The notes beneath the pieces were generated by a model that was not told where the DNA came from, did no database searches, and saw nothing but the letters and a program-made list of their open reading frames with translations. Of a stretch of 62,747 nucleotides of DNA, positions 8,091 to 16,400 are shown piece by piece. A program made the position numbers and the translations under genes. The stretch's first letter is position 1. The number at the start of each line of letters is the position of its first letter. The stretch comes from a bacterium. GTDB taxonomy: Bacteria > Patescibacteriota > Patescibacteriia > UBA9934 > GWF2-40-263. The stretch covers positions 1 to 62,747 of the forward strand of contig JAJYIV010000003.1 of assembly GCA_021789915.1 (NCBI GenBank). Reading direction: 5' to 3'.

Positions 8091-9025
8091 ATCAGGTCTC
8101 CGCCGCGCGAGCCGCGCGGCGGACGATGCATCGTGGAGCGCCCGTCATTCGCGGACGGCACGCTTCCGTGCACCGTCCGCAAAGCCTCGTAGGTGGACGC
8201 CACCTGCGCGGGCGTCTGCCGACCTTCGATCTCCTCGCGAAAGTACGCGATGCGGTCCGTCACCTTGGCGAGAAGGCCGAAGAGGACGTCCACCACCCGA
8301 CCGGGTTCCGACAAGGGAACCACGCGGTCCTTGCCGACGAGGCGCTCCCAGCCGCCCGGCGTGCAGTTTTCGTACGGCTTGAGCACCACGAAGACCTCGA
8401 AGCGTTCCATCAGCTCGCGGAAAATCCGTTCCGTCGTAAGGCCGTTTGCCTCGCCGCCATCCGGCAGGAATTCCCTTGCTTCCCGCGCCGAGAAGGCATG
8501 AGGCATTTCGTCGGTGATGAAGATGATCACCGGCCGCTCCGCGTTGGGGGTCCTGACGCAGCGCAGCACGTAGAACGCCATGAGCTCCGAGGACTCCCCG
8601 TTGTTTCCGCCGCCGTTGTTGGTGTGCACGAGCTGCTCGAGCTGGCCCTTGGCTTCTTCGCCCTGCGCGAAGGGGCGGGCCTGCAGCGGATAGTCCGCCT
8701 GCACCTTCACGTCGTCGAACGCCAGATAGCTCACCGCGTAGCGCGGCCCGAGATATTCGGTCCGGCACTCGTGATCCAGGTAGGGCAGCTTGCCGGCGAT
8801 CACCGCCGTCCAGTCGCCCATGGAACCCGTCTGGTCCAGGACGATGAGCAGCGGCGCCGGACTGTCGGTCTCGAGCAAGGCCGGCAGTACGTCGCGGACC
8901 GTCTTGCGCTCCGCGCGCGCTTCTTCGTAGCTGCGGCTCTGCCGATCCTGGTAGGCGCGACGGGCGTCGTCGAACGTATCCGCGCCGCTCCAGGTTGCCG
9001 GCGTATAGTCTCCGCCTTCGGACAT
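8087..9025 (-). CDS. von Willebrand factor A (vWA) domain protein
   Basis: MIDAS-like DQTGSMG, then GGGNNGES and IFITDE. AAGGAG lies 6 nt upstream of the ATG. Confidence 0.8.
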   Translation of the reverse strand: MSEGGDYTPATWSGADTFDDARRAYQDRQSRSYEEARAERKTVRDVLPALLETDSPAPLLIVLDQTGSMGDWTAVIAGKLPYLDHECRTEYLGPRYAVSYLAFDDVKVQADYPLQARPFAQGEEAKGQLEQLVHTNNGGGNNGESSELMAFYVLRCVRTPNAERPVIIFITDEMPHAFSAREAREFLPDGGEANGLTTERIFRELMERFEVFVVLKPYENCTPGGWERLVGKDRVVPLSEPGRVVDVLFGLLAKVTDRIAYFREEIEGRQTPAQVASTYEALRTVHGSVPSANDGRSTMHRPPRGSRGGDLM

Positions 9026-9055
9026 CGGATGCTCCTTTTCTCTCGGTCGTGCGGG

Positions 9056-9841
9056 TTAGGGAACGGTCCCGGAAAGGTCGATGATCAAGCGGCCGAAGCA
9101 CTCCTGCCGTACGTGGGAAATCGTCTGGATGAGGTTTTCCCTGCCCCAATGGGGCCGGTTCAAGGGATCCGTCGCCGTCAAGCGGCCGAGGAACTCCTTG
9201 AGCGGCCGCGGAACTTGGCGCGGCACTTCGCGGCGGGCGACGCGGTCTAGATCCCCTCCGCAGAGGGCGTATACGATCGTCTTGCCCAAGCTGAAAAGAT
9301 CCGTTTCGGGGATGAGCGGATTGCGCGAATCCGCCTGCTCCGGCGGGACGAAGAGATCCGTCAACCCTTTGTTGCCACTCGCGCGCGTGGGGCGGATGGA
9401 CGCCAGGCCGAAATCCACGAGGACCGCGGTCCGGCCGTTTTCTTCCGCCATCACGTTCTGCGGCTTCACGTCGCCGTGGATGATGCCGTGCCGATGCACG
9501 TATTCGAGCGTGCGCAGCAGCATGTCGAACATCCACGCGATCCGCTCGGCGTCCAGGCGGTCCGTTTCCACGAGCTTCGCCATGGTGGAGCCGCTGATCC
9601 AGCGTGAGATGAGCGCGAGCCGGCCGTCCGGCAGGCGGATGACATCGCGGACGGACGCTACGCCGAAGTGACCAAGATTCCACGTCGCGAGCGCTTCTTG
9701 CAGCAGGATCTCGTCGGATTCTGGCGAGACGTAATGCCCGTGCTTCAGGCACACGGGACCGCCCGTCAACACATGTTCGGCCTTGTACGTCGTGCCGAAC
9801 CCGCTCGGCGGCCGTCCCTTTGCGCCCTCAAGCTCCTTCAA
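9056..9841 (-). CDS. stand-alone Hanks-type Ser/Thr protein kinase (non-RD)
   Basis: Glycine loop GFGTTY, VCLK lysine, catalytic loop HGIIHGDVKPQN, DFG and PPE. There are no extra domains. The predicted start is TTG, so the exact start is uncertain. Confidence 0.85.
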   Translation of the reverse strand: MKELEGAKGRPPSGFGTTYKAEHVLTGGPVCLKHGHYVSPESDEILLQEALATWNLGHFGVASVRDVIRLPDGRLALISRWISGSTMAKLVETDRLDAERIAWMFDMLLRTLEYVHRHGIIHGDVKPQNVMAEENGRTAVLVDFGLASIRPTRASGNKGLTDLFVPPEQADSRNPLIPETDLFSLGKTIVYALCGGDLDRVARREVPRQVPRPLKEFLGRLTATDPLNRPHWGRENLIQTISHVRQECFGRLIIDLSGTVP

Positions 9842-9876
9842 CTCCTTAAGCTCCTTCAGCTCTTCAAACTCCTTTC
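9822..9876 (-). repeat. about six tandem 9-nt units, each carrying AAGGAG on the kinase coding strand
   Basis: Plus strand: gctccttca actccttaa gctccttca gctcttcaa actcctttc. The array spans the kinase start codon and 5' leader. Confidence 0.7.
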
Positions 9877-9923
9877 TCTTTACATCCCCGCGCTCCCAGG
9901 TCTACGCTTGAACCTGCCGCCGT

Positions 9924-11432
9924 ATGCCCGAAAACGCGCGCACGTACGAGCAGCTCGCGGAGCTCATCCGCACCCACTACCAGAACCCGGACCTGGCCCT
10001 GGTTGAGCGCGCCTACCGCCTGGCCGAGGAATCGCACCGCGAAGCGAAGCGCCTCACCGGGCACCCGTACATCGTCCATCCGCTTGCCGTCGCCTACAAG
10101 CTGGCGGAAATGGGACTGCACCTCCATGTCGTCGCGGCCGGATTGCTGCACGACGTCGTCGAGGACACCGGCCTGACGGTCGAGGACGTCCGCCGGCATT
10201 TCGGCGACGACGTCGCCGGGCTCGTGGACGGCGTGACGAAGCTCAAGAAAGTCCGCTACCGCGGCGAAGACCGGTACGTGGAAAACATGCGCAAGATGTT
10301 CCTTGCCATGGCGGCGGACGTGCGCGTCGTGTTCATCAAGTTCGCCGACCGCCTCCACAACCTGCAGACGCTCTACGCCCAGCCGATACACAAGCAGCAG
10401 CGCACGGCCAAGGAAGCGCTTGAAATCTACGCGCCGATCGCCAGCCGCCTGGGCATGGCCGAGATGAAGGGGGACCTCGAGGATCTCGCCTTCGCCTATC
10501 TCCTGCCGAAGGAATACGAGCGCATTCGATCCGTGATGGACACGAAAATCCAGACGCAGGGCGCGTATGTCAGCCGCGTCATCGACGAGACGGAGCGCCT
10601 GGCCGACGCGGCCGGGCTGGCCGATGCGTCGGTCAGCGGCCGCGTGAAGCGGCTGTACAGCCTCTACAAGAAGCTGCTCAAGCACGGCAACGACTTTTCC
10701 AAGATCTACGATTATATCGCCGTGCGCGCCATCGTGCAGGACGTCGAGGAATGCTACGCCGTGCTCGGCATCTTGCATCAAAAATGGAAGCCGCTGCCCG
10801 GGCGCATCAAGGATTACATCGCCCAGCCCAAGCCGAACGGCTACCAGTCGCTGCACACGACCGTGTTCGGCGACGACGGCCACATCGTCGAGTTCCAGAT
10901 CCGCACGCAGGAGATGAACGAGCTGGCCGAGTACGGCGTCGCCGCGCACTGGCGGTACAAGGAAGGCGGCTCCAAGCCCATCCGGAACATGCGCTGGATG
11001 GAAGAGCTGGCCAATATCCAGAAGGAGCTGGCCAACCGGAAGGACTTCCTGGAGCAGCTCGAGATCATGAAGATCGACGCCTTCAAGGACCGCATCTTCG
11101 TGTTCACCCCCAAAGGCGACGTCATTGATTTGCCCGAGGGGGGGACGCCCGTGGATTTCGCGTACGCCATCCACACGGAAGTCGGCAACGCGTGCGTGGG
11201 CGTCCGCGTCAACGAGCAGGCCGGCTCGCTCAACATGGCGCTGAACTCCGGCGACATCGTGGAGATCCTCATGGACAAGAACCGCAAGGGACCGAATGCC
11301 GACTGGCTCAAGTTCGCCAAGACGCACCACGCGCGGCAGAAAATCAAGGACGCGACGCGCAGCGGCCTCAAGCGGTGGCTGGCCAATGCCTTCCGCGGCA
11401 AGCCGAAGGCCGCGGCGCAGACGAAAACATGA
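9924..11432 (+). CDS. rel: RelA/SpoT-homolog (p)ppGpp synthetase/hydrolase (HD + synthetase + TGS, no ACT)
   Basis: HD motif HPLAVA...LHDVVEDT, synthetase motifs DYIAVRAIV and YQSLHTTV, and TGS motif IFVFTPKGDVIDLPEGGTPVDFAYAIH. Confidence 0.9.
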   Translation: MPENARTYEQLAELIRTHYQNPDLALVERAYRLAEESHREAKRLTGHPYIVHPLAVAYKLAEMGLHLHVVAAGLLHDVVEDTGLTVEDVRRHFGDDVAGLVDGVTKLKKVRYRGEDRYVENMRKMFLAMAADVRVVFIKFADRLHNLQTLYAQPIHKQQRTAKEALEIYAPIASRLGMAEMKGDLEDLAFAYLLPKEYERIRSVMDTKIQTQGAYVSRVIDETERLADAAGLADASVSGRVKRLYSLYKKLLKHGNDFSKIYDYIAVRAIVQDVEECYAVLGILHQKWKPLPGRIKDYIAQPKPNGYQSLHTTVFGDDGHIVEFQIRTQEMNELAEYGVAAHWRYKEGGSKPIRNMRWMEELANIQKELANRKDFLEQLEIMKIDAFKDRIFVFTPKGDVIDLPEGGTPVDFAYAIHTEVGNACVGVRVNEQAGSLNMALNSGDIVEILMDKNRKGPNADWLKFAKTHHARQKIKDATRSGLKRWLANAFRGKPKAAAQTKT

Positions 11433-11457
11433 CATCGCCCGGAAGGGGCGATGTTTT
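11433..11457 (+). terminator. intrinsic terminator after rel
   Basis: catcgccc-ggaag-gggcgatg followed by tttt. Confidence 0.65.
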
Positions 11458-11459
11458 GC

Positions 11460-13127
11460 TTACGCGGCGTGACGCGGCCGCGATGCCGCGCCTGGCGCCG
11501 GAACGGACGGCGGACGGACGAGAAAATCCCTGAACGTGATTTCCGGCCGCGTCGCCGTCGCCGGCAGGATGATGCGGAACCGGATGGCCGAATCGTCGCC
11601 CCAGTCCGAGAGCCGTGCCGTAATGTCCGTCGGCTGTTTCGTCATCGCTTGGACGTCGACGGCAAGACGATGCTTCAACGCGTCAAGCGCGGCGTTCCCC
11701 TTCCCCGCGTCCAGCGACCGGAAAAACGATTCCCAATCCTTTTCGTCCAAATCCGTCAGGCGCTGCAGCACGGCGTCGCACACGCGCTCGACCAGACGGC
11801 GCTCCTTGCCCGACGCAAGGGCCGGCGCGACGCGAACCTCTTCGAACGGCGGCAGGTGTCCGTGGCGCAACAGAGGCTTCAGCGCGCGCTCGTAGGCGTC
11901 CTTCGCCTCCTGCGTCCCTTGCGAGAGCGATGACACGTCCGCTTCCGACGTCCCTTTCACATCCGCGGCAAGGATGCTCGACGAGAGACGATCGTCTTCG
12001 TCGCGATACGCTTCCTCCTTCCGGCCCGCTTCCTCCGCCATCGGCCGCAGCCGCTTCGCGAACCGGATGGAGCCGCCGAACAAGTGGATGCCGAAGGACG
12101 GGACGCCGAATTTTCTCACGCGCGCATCGCGTCGGCGACGATAGAACTCCGTCAGCCGACGCACGCGGCTGGCCATGGCCGTCAACGGCACGTCAATCAG
12201 CTGGTACACGAGTAGGGCGTCGGCCCCGTCGGAGGCGCCAAGAATCTTCCTCCATGCATCAACGGCCTCGCTAATGTCCGCCATCGCATGGCGCAAGGTT
12301 TCGGTCTTCGCACCGGGCACGGAAAAAAGACGACCGTAGAGCGTGTCGTCCTTCAAGGATCGTTCCATCTGCATCCCCGAACGTCCTTCGCGGAGAAACG
12401 CCAACACTTCATCTTTCACCTGCTGGGTCGCATCACGCTCCCGCCAGCGGCCGGCGGCAGGAACTGGCTCGACGCCGTCGAAGAGATGGAACACGGCGTG
12501 GTTGATGAAATGCTGGCGCTCGTGGGCGATAACGGAATCCGGCACGGACGCATGATATCCAAGCCGTATCAAAAGAAGAGGCACCGTCGGCCCGCTGAGC
12601 AATTTCACCGCCGCCGCGCCGTGATACATGCCGCCGCTCGACTGCGATCGCGGAAGCGAAGTGCCGAGCTTCACATTAAAGCGGTCAAAATCGCCGCGGT
12701 CTTCAAACTCCATGAGGAAGTATCCTTCCTTCTGTTTGAGCTCGACATGAGCGCGCGGCGGCTCGCCGACTTCCTTGCGGAAGATGTACACCCCGAATTC
12801 ATACGGCGACTTGACGTCCGACGACAGACGCTCTTCCAAGACCATATGGTCCTTCAGCAGCCGCTCCGCTCGCCTGCTTTCCGCGCGCTGCTCACGATAC
12901 GTCGCAAGACACTGCGCAAACCTGTCGCGCACCTTTTCCGGCAGATATGGCGCTTCGCGGGCGATCAGCTCTTCGTCCGTTTCCTTCGGCTCGTCGGGAC
13001 CGGAAAACAGCCGCTCGATGCGCATGGCGGCATGCGCCACCTGGTGGCGGCGCTCGAGCAGACGTTCGATGCGGCCTTTTCCCTCCTCCGGACGTTCAGC
13101 GGAAACGCGTGGGAACGATTCTGACAT
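11460..13127 (-). CDS. hypothetical protein with an HExxH (putative zinc-peptidase-like) motif
   Basis: 555-aa ORF downstream of parB with a coiled-coil-rich N-terminus. VIAHERQHFINHAVFH contains HExxH(xxxH). No family recognised. Confidence 0.55.
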   Translation of the reverse strand: MSESFPRVSAERPEEGKGRIERLLERRHQVAHAAMRIERLFSGPDEPKETDEELIAREAPYLPEKVRDRFAQCLATYREQRAESRRAERLLKDHMVLEERLSSDVKSPYEFGVYIFRKEVGEPPRAHVELKQKEGYFLMEFEDRGDFDRFNVKLGTSLPRSQSSGGMYHGAAAVKLLSGPTVPLLLIRLGYHASVPDSVIAHERQHFINHAVFHLFDGVEPVPAAGRWRERDATQQVKDEVLAFLREGRSGMQMERSLKDDTLYGRLFSVPGAKTETLRHAMADISEAVDAWRKILGASDGADALLVYQLIDVPLTAMASRVRRLTEFYRRRRDARVRKFGVPSFGIHLFGGSIRFAKRLRPMAEEAGRKEEAYRDEDDRLSSSILAADVKGTSEADVSSLSQGTQEAKDAYERALKPLLRHGHLPPFEEVRVAPALASGKERRLVERVCDAVLQRLTDLDEKDWESFFRSLDAGKGNAALDALKHRLAVDVQAMTKQPTDITARLSDWGDDSAIRFRIILPATATRPEITFRDFLVRPPSVPAPGAASRPRHAA

Positions 13128-13163
13128 ACGAGGAAGGCGGGTGCCGACGCAAAACGATCCGTT

Positions 13164-14027
13164 TCACGCGCGGCCGGCGAGCTGGTTGAGCAGCTCTTTC
13201 AAGTCATCGTCGGAGTAGAACTCGAAAATGATTTTCCCTTTGCCGGCCTTGCGCTGAATCGTCACCTTCGTCGCGTAGAGCTCGCGCAGACGCCTCTCGT
13301 GCGCCGCAAGGTTCGGGTCCTTGCCCGCGCGCGGCTTGTAATGGCGCGTGATCGCGGCCTCTTCCGCTTCGCGGACCGTCATGCCGCCCGCGAGCATGCG
13401 CGCGAACAGCGCGCGCCGTTTCACCGCGTCGTCCTCGGCGAGCAGCGTGCGGGCGTGGCTCTTGGTGATCTTCCCTTCCCGCAGCGCGGAAAGCATTTCG
13501 TCCGGCAGCTCGATCAAGCGCAGCATGTTGGCCACGGCCGAGCGGCTCTTGCCCATGCGCGCGGCAACCTGCTCCTGGGTGAGCCCGAACTCGTCGATCA
13601 GCGCCTTGTAGGCGATGGCCTCCTCGTAGGGATTGAGATCGGAACGCTGGACATTCTCGATGATGGCCAGCTCGAGTTTTTGCTGCTCCGTGGCGTCGCG
13701 GACGATGGCCGGAACCGTCTTCAGCCCGAGAGCCTTGGCGGCGCGCAGGCGGCGCTCGCCGGCGACCAGCTCGTACGCGCTTCCCTGGCGCGTGACGACG
13801 AGCGGCTGCAGGATGCCGTGCTCCTTGACGGACTGGATCAGATCCTCCAGGTCCGCCGCGCCGAAATCCTGGCGCGGCTGGCGCGGGTTGGGCCGGATCT
13901 TGCCGGCATCGATGTCCAGCACGGCGCGGCCCGCTTCGGCCGGGACGATCTGGGCCGTCGCTGTCTGGGCGGCCTTGGGAGGAATGAGCGAGCCGAGACC
14001 CCGGCCCAGGGCGGATGGACGTTGCAT
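13164..14027 (-). CDS. parB: chromosome partitioning protein ParB/Spo0J
   Basis: GLGRGLGSLIP and LAIIENVQRSDLNPYEEA motifs plus an HTH region. Confidence 0.9.
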   Translation of the reverse strand: MQRPSALGRGLGSLIPPKAAQTATAQIVPAEAGRAVLDIDAGKIRPNPRQPRQDFGAADLEDLIQSVKEHGILQPLVVTRQGSAYELVAGERRLRAAKALGLKTVPAIVRDATEQQKLELAIIENVQRSDLNPYEEAIAYKALIDEFGLTQEQVAARMGKSRSAVANMLRLIELPDEMLSALREGKITKSHARTLLAEDDAVKRRALFARMLAGGMTVREAEEAAITRHYKPRAGKDPNLAAHERRLRELYATKVTIQRKAGKGKIIFEFYSDDDLKELLNQLAGRA

Positions 14028-14028
14028 A

Positions 14029-14802
14029 TTACAAATTTCCTTCGTCGCGCAGGATGAATTCTCGGGCCAGCCGCTCGTACGCCTTCGCCGCCTTGCTCTC
14101 GGGATCGTACCGGGCGATCGTCTTGCCGAACGACGGCGCCTCCGCCAGGCGGATGCTGCGCGGGATGACGGAGCGGAAGATCTTGTCGGGGAAATACCGG
14201 TACAGCTCCTGCAGGACTTCGTTGGAGAGCTTCGTGCGCGCGTCGAACATGGTGATGACGGCGCCCAATACCTCGAGCTCCGGTTTCAAATTCTCCTTGA
14301 CCATGTTGATGGTGTTCATCAACTGGCCCATGCCCTCCAGCGCGAAGTATTCGGCCTGCACTGGGATGAGCACCGCGTCGGCCGCCACCAGGCCGTTCAG
14401 CGTAATGAGGCCGAGCGACGGCGGGTTGTCGATGATGACGTAGTCGAAGTCGTTGCGCACCCCCAGCAGCGCCTTGCGCAGGAAATGCTCGCGTTCTTCC
14501 GCGTTGACCAATTCGACATTGGCGCCGGAGAGGGCCTCCGTGGCGGGCAGGATCTTGAGCCCTGTGTGCGCCGTGTCCTGCACCACGTCCGAAAAGGCGC
14601 GCGTCCCTGCCATCAGCTCATATACGCCGCCCGGCATCGACGCGCGATCCAGGCCCAAACCGGAACTCGCATTGCCTTGCGGATCCAGATCGACCAGCAG
14701 CACGAACTTGCCGGCGTCCGCCAAAAACGCCGCCAGATTGACGGCCGTGGTGGTCTTGCCGACGCCGCCTTTTTGATTGACGACCGAAATCACGTGGGCC
14801 AT
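14029..14802 (-). CDS. parA: chromosome partitioning ATPase ParA/Soj
   Basis: Deviant Walker A NQKGGVGKTTT. It sits immediately upstream of parB. Confidence 0.9.
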   Translation of the reverse strand: MAHVISVVNQKGGVGKTTTAVNLAAFLADAGKFVLLVDLDPQGNASSGLGLDRASMPGGVYELMAGTRAFSDVVQDTAHTGLKILPATEALSGANVELVNAEEREHFLRKALLGVRNDFDYVIIDNPPSLGLITLNGLVAADAVLIPVQAEYFALEGMGQLMNTINMVKENLKPELEVLGAVITMFDARTKLSNEVLQELYRYFPDKIFRSVIPRSIRLAEAPSFGKTIARYDPESKAAKAYERLAREFILRDEGNL

Positions 14803-14857
14803 AGCAGGCGCAGCTTTTAGCCTTTAGCTCAAGGTTCGCCTAACGGCTAATAGTATA

Positions 14858-15382
14858 TCAAAGCAGGCCGAAGTGGCGCAGAGCCGCTTCAATTCCGGGC
14901 TTTTTCCTTATCCATGCCAGATCGATCAACGCCAGAGGCGTGTCCCACCACACGCGGGAGAACTCCTGGTCATGCGCGTCGAGATGGAACACGGTGTCCG
15001 GACGTATGCGCGCCAAAAAGAAACGGATCTCTTGGCCCACATACGTTCTTCGGTCTTCGGGGAGAGAATGCAGGTAGGCCTCGGGCCAGTCATAGCGAAA
15101 GGCGCCCGGGGCCTGCCCGATGAACGCGTACTCCTTTTTTGTGATGCCCAACTCTTCCCGGAGCTCGCGCGCGGCGGCATCTTCGGGGGTCTCGCCTGGG
15201 TCGATGCCACCTTGAACGGTTTGAACCGCCCGTCTTCCGGCCCCGGACGTCGGATGGAGACGCTGGCAAAGCAGCACGCGGCCTCCGCCATCCGTAACGA
15301 CAACGCCAACGGCAGGACGATAGCGCTTGGCAAATGCCCCAGACATAGCGGGGGCATGATAGCATGCGGACGCCATTCCCAC
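14858..15382 (-). CDS. NUDIX hydrolase (RppH-like)
   Basis: Nudix box GGIDPGETPEDAAARELREELGI. The true start may be an internal Met (MSGAF..., ~15346). Confidence 0.8.
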   Translation of the reverse strand: MGMASACYHAPAMSGAFAKRYRPAVGVVVTDGGGRVLLCQRLHPTSGAGRRAVQTVQGGIDPGETPEDAAARELREELGITKKEYAFIGQAPGAFRYDWPEAYLHSLPEDRRTYVGQEIRFFLARIRPDTVFHLDAHDQEFSRVWWDTPLALIDLAWIRKKPGIEAALRHFGLL

Positions 15383-15453
15383 AGGAGGGGAAAACCTGGA
15401 CGAAAATGGTTCATGTTGCTATGATTTTGCCGCCGTGTTTGGCTCAAAGAGCC

Positions 15454-15540
15454 GGGCGAGTGGCGGAACTGGTATACGCGCAGGACTCAAAATCCTGTGT
15501 CCGCAAGGGCATGAGGGTTCGATTCCCTCCTCGCCCACCA
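15454..15540 (+). tRNA. tRNA-Leu (anticodon CAA)
   Basis: Manual cloverleaf: acceptor GGGCGAG/CTCGCCC, anticodon loop CTCAAAA, long variable arm, GGTTCGATTCC T-arm, encoded CCA. Confidence 0.9.
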
Positions 15541-15608
15541 TCCCAACGCGGCTTGGCCTATCCTTGTCAAAGATGCGGGTTTCCGATATCATTCGGGCAC
15601 CCAATTGA

Positions 15609-15685
15609 GGCTGGGTAGCTCAGTTGGTTAGAGCGAGGGACTCATAAGCCCTAGGTCGGCGGTTCGATTCCGCCCCCAGCTACCA
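15609..15685 (+). tRNA. tRNA with CAT anticodon (elongator Met, or Ile2 if lysidinylated)
   Basis: Acceptor GGCTGGG/CCCAGCT, anticodon loop CTCATAA, T-arm GGCGGTTCGATTCCGCC, encoded CCA. Confidence 0.85.
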
Positions 15686-15808
15686 AAATCTTTCTAAAAT
15701 CGCGGTCTGCCGGCTTGCGGCTCCGCGCCCTCCGTCAGCGTACGTCTTGGTACGTCTCCGTCGGGTACTCGCCGCGCGCCGGCGTCCCGTCGATTTTAGA
15801 AAGATTTT
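15685..15808. repeat. perfect 18-bp AT-rich inverted repeat enclosing an 88-nt GC-rich segment between two tRNA genes
   Basis: aaaatctttctaaaatcg (15685-15702) and cgattttagaaagatttt (15791-15808) are exact reverse complements. Confidence 0.8.
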
Positions 15809-15819
15809 CAACCATTCGA

Positions 15820-15896
15820 CGCGGGGTAGAGCAGCCAGGCAGCTCGCCGGGCTCATAACCCGGAGGTCGCCGGTTCAAATCCGGCCCCCGCAACCA
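15820..15896 (+). tRNA. initiator tRNA-fMet (CAT)
   Basis: Near-identical in pattern to the E. coli initiator: CGCGGGG...GCTCGCCGGGCTCATAACCCGG...GGTTCAAATCCGGCCCCCGCAACCA, with the C1 mismatch and three G-C pairs in the anticodon stem. Confidence 0.92.
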
Positions 15897-15902
15897 GAAC
15901 AT

Positions 15903-15929
15903 CCTCTCACACCCGTGAGGGGATTTTCT
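15903..15929 (+). terminator. intrinsic terminator after the tRNA cluster
   Basis: cctctcac-accc-gtgagggg followed by attttctgtt. Confidence 0.55.
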
Positions 15930-16026
15930 GTTGCTTGAGCCATATATTTGGACAGATGACTTCCGGTTTATGTCTAAGTTCCAGACACGACGGAACAGCT
16001 GCCGACCGCCTGCTGACCAAAAAACT

Positions 16027-16182
16027 TCATTTCGGGCATCTCGTCCGCCGTAGACGGAGGTGCCCGAGCATGTCTGCATCGGGCTCGAGGAGGGATCGCA
16101 CGCCGCGGCGCGCGAGATGCCGATGATGGCGCAGGAGAGGCAAGCTGTCGCCGTCTACAACTTGTTCACGAATGCCGTGAAA
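16027..16182 (-). pseudogene. possible decayed C-terminal fragment of a tyrosine recombinase
   Basis: The minus-strand translation ...PLLRHHRHLARRGVRSLLEPDADMLGHLRLRRT has LRH and GH spaced by 21 residues, exactly as in the integrase fragment at 29867-30046 (VLRH...LLGH). The DNA around both motifs is alignable by eye. The catalytic Tyr is not preserved. Confidence 0.3.
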
Positions 16183-16220
16183 GAGTCCCCGTCCCGGCTT
16201 GCCTCCGCGAGCCGGCGGAC

Positions 16221-16264
16221 CCTCAAGCCCGTGAAGGCACGGGCTTCTGAGACCTGCGCGTACC
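16221..16264 (-). pseudogene. ~44-nt partial duplicate of the internal part of tRNA-Leu(CAG)
   Basis: cctcaagcccgtgaaggcacGggcttctgagacctgcgcgtacc matches 16305-16350 of the intact gene with 1-2 differences. It lacks the acceptor and T-arm ends. Confidence 0.75.
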
Positions 16265-16281
16265 GATTTTTCCGATCCGGG

Positions 16282-16368
16282 TGGTGGGCAAGGAGGGACT
16301 CGAACCCTCAAGCCCGTGAAGGCACAGGCTTCTGAGACCTGCGCGTATACCAGTTCCGCCACTTGCCC
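16282..16368 (-). tRNA. tRNA-Leu (anticodon CAG)
   Basis: The reverse complement folds as GGGCAAG...CTCAGAA loop...long variable arm...GGTTCGAGTCC...CTTGCCCACCA. Confidence 0.9.
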
Positions 16369-16400
16369 TTCATCCGGGTCGGATGCGCCGATGAAGATGT

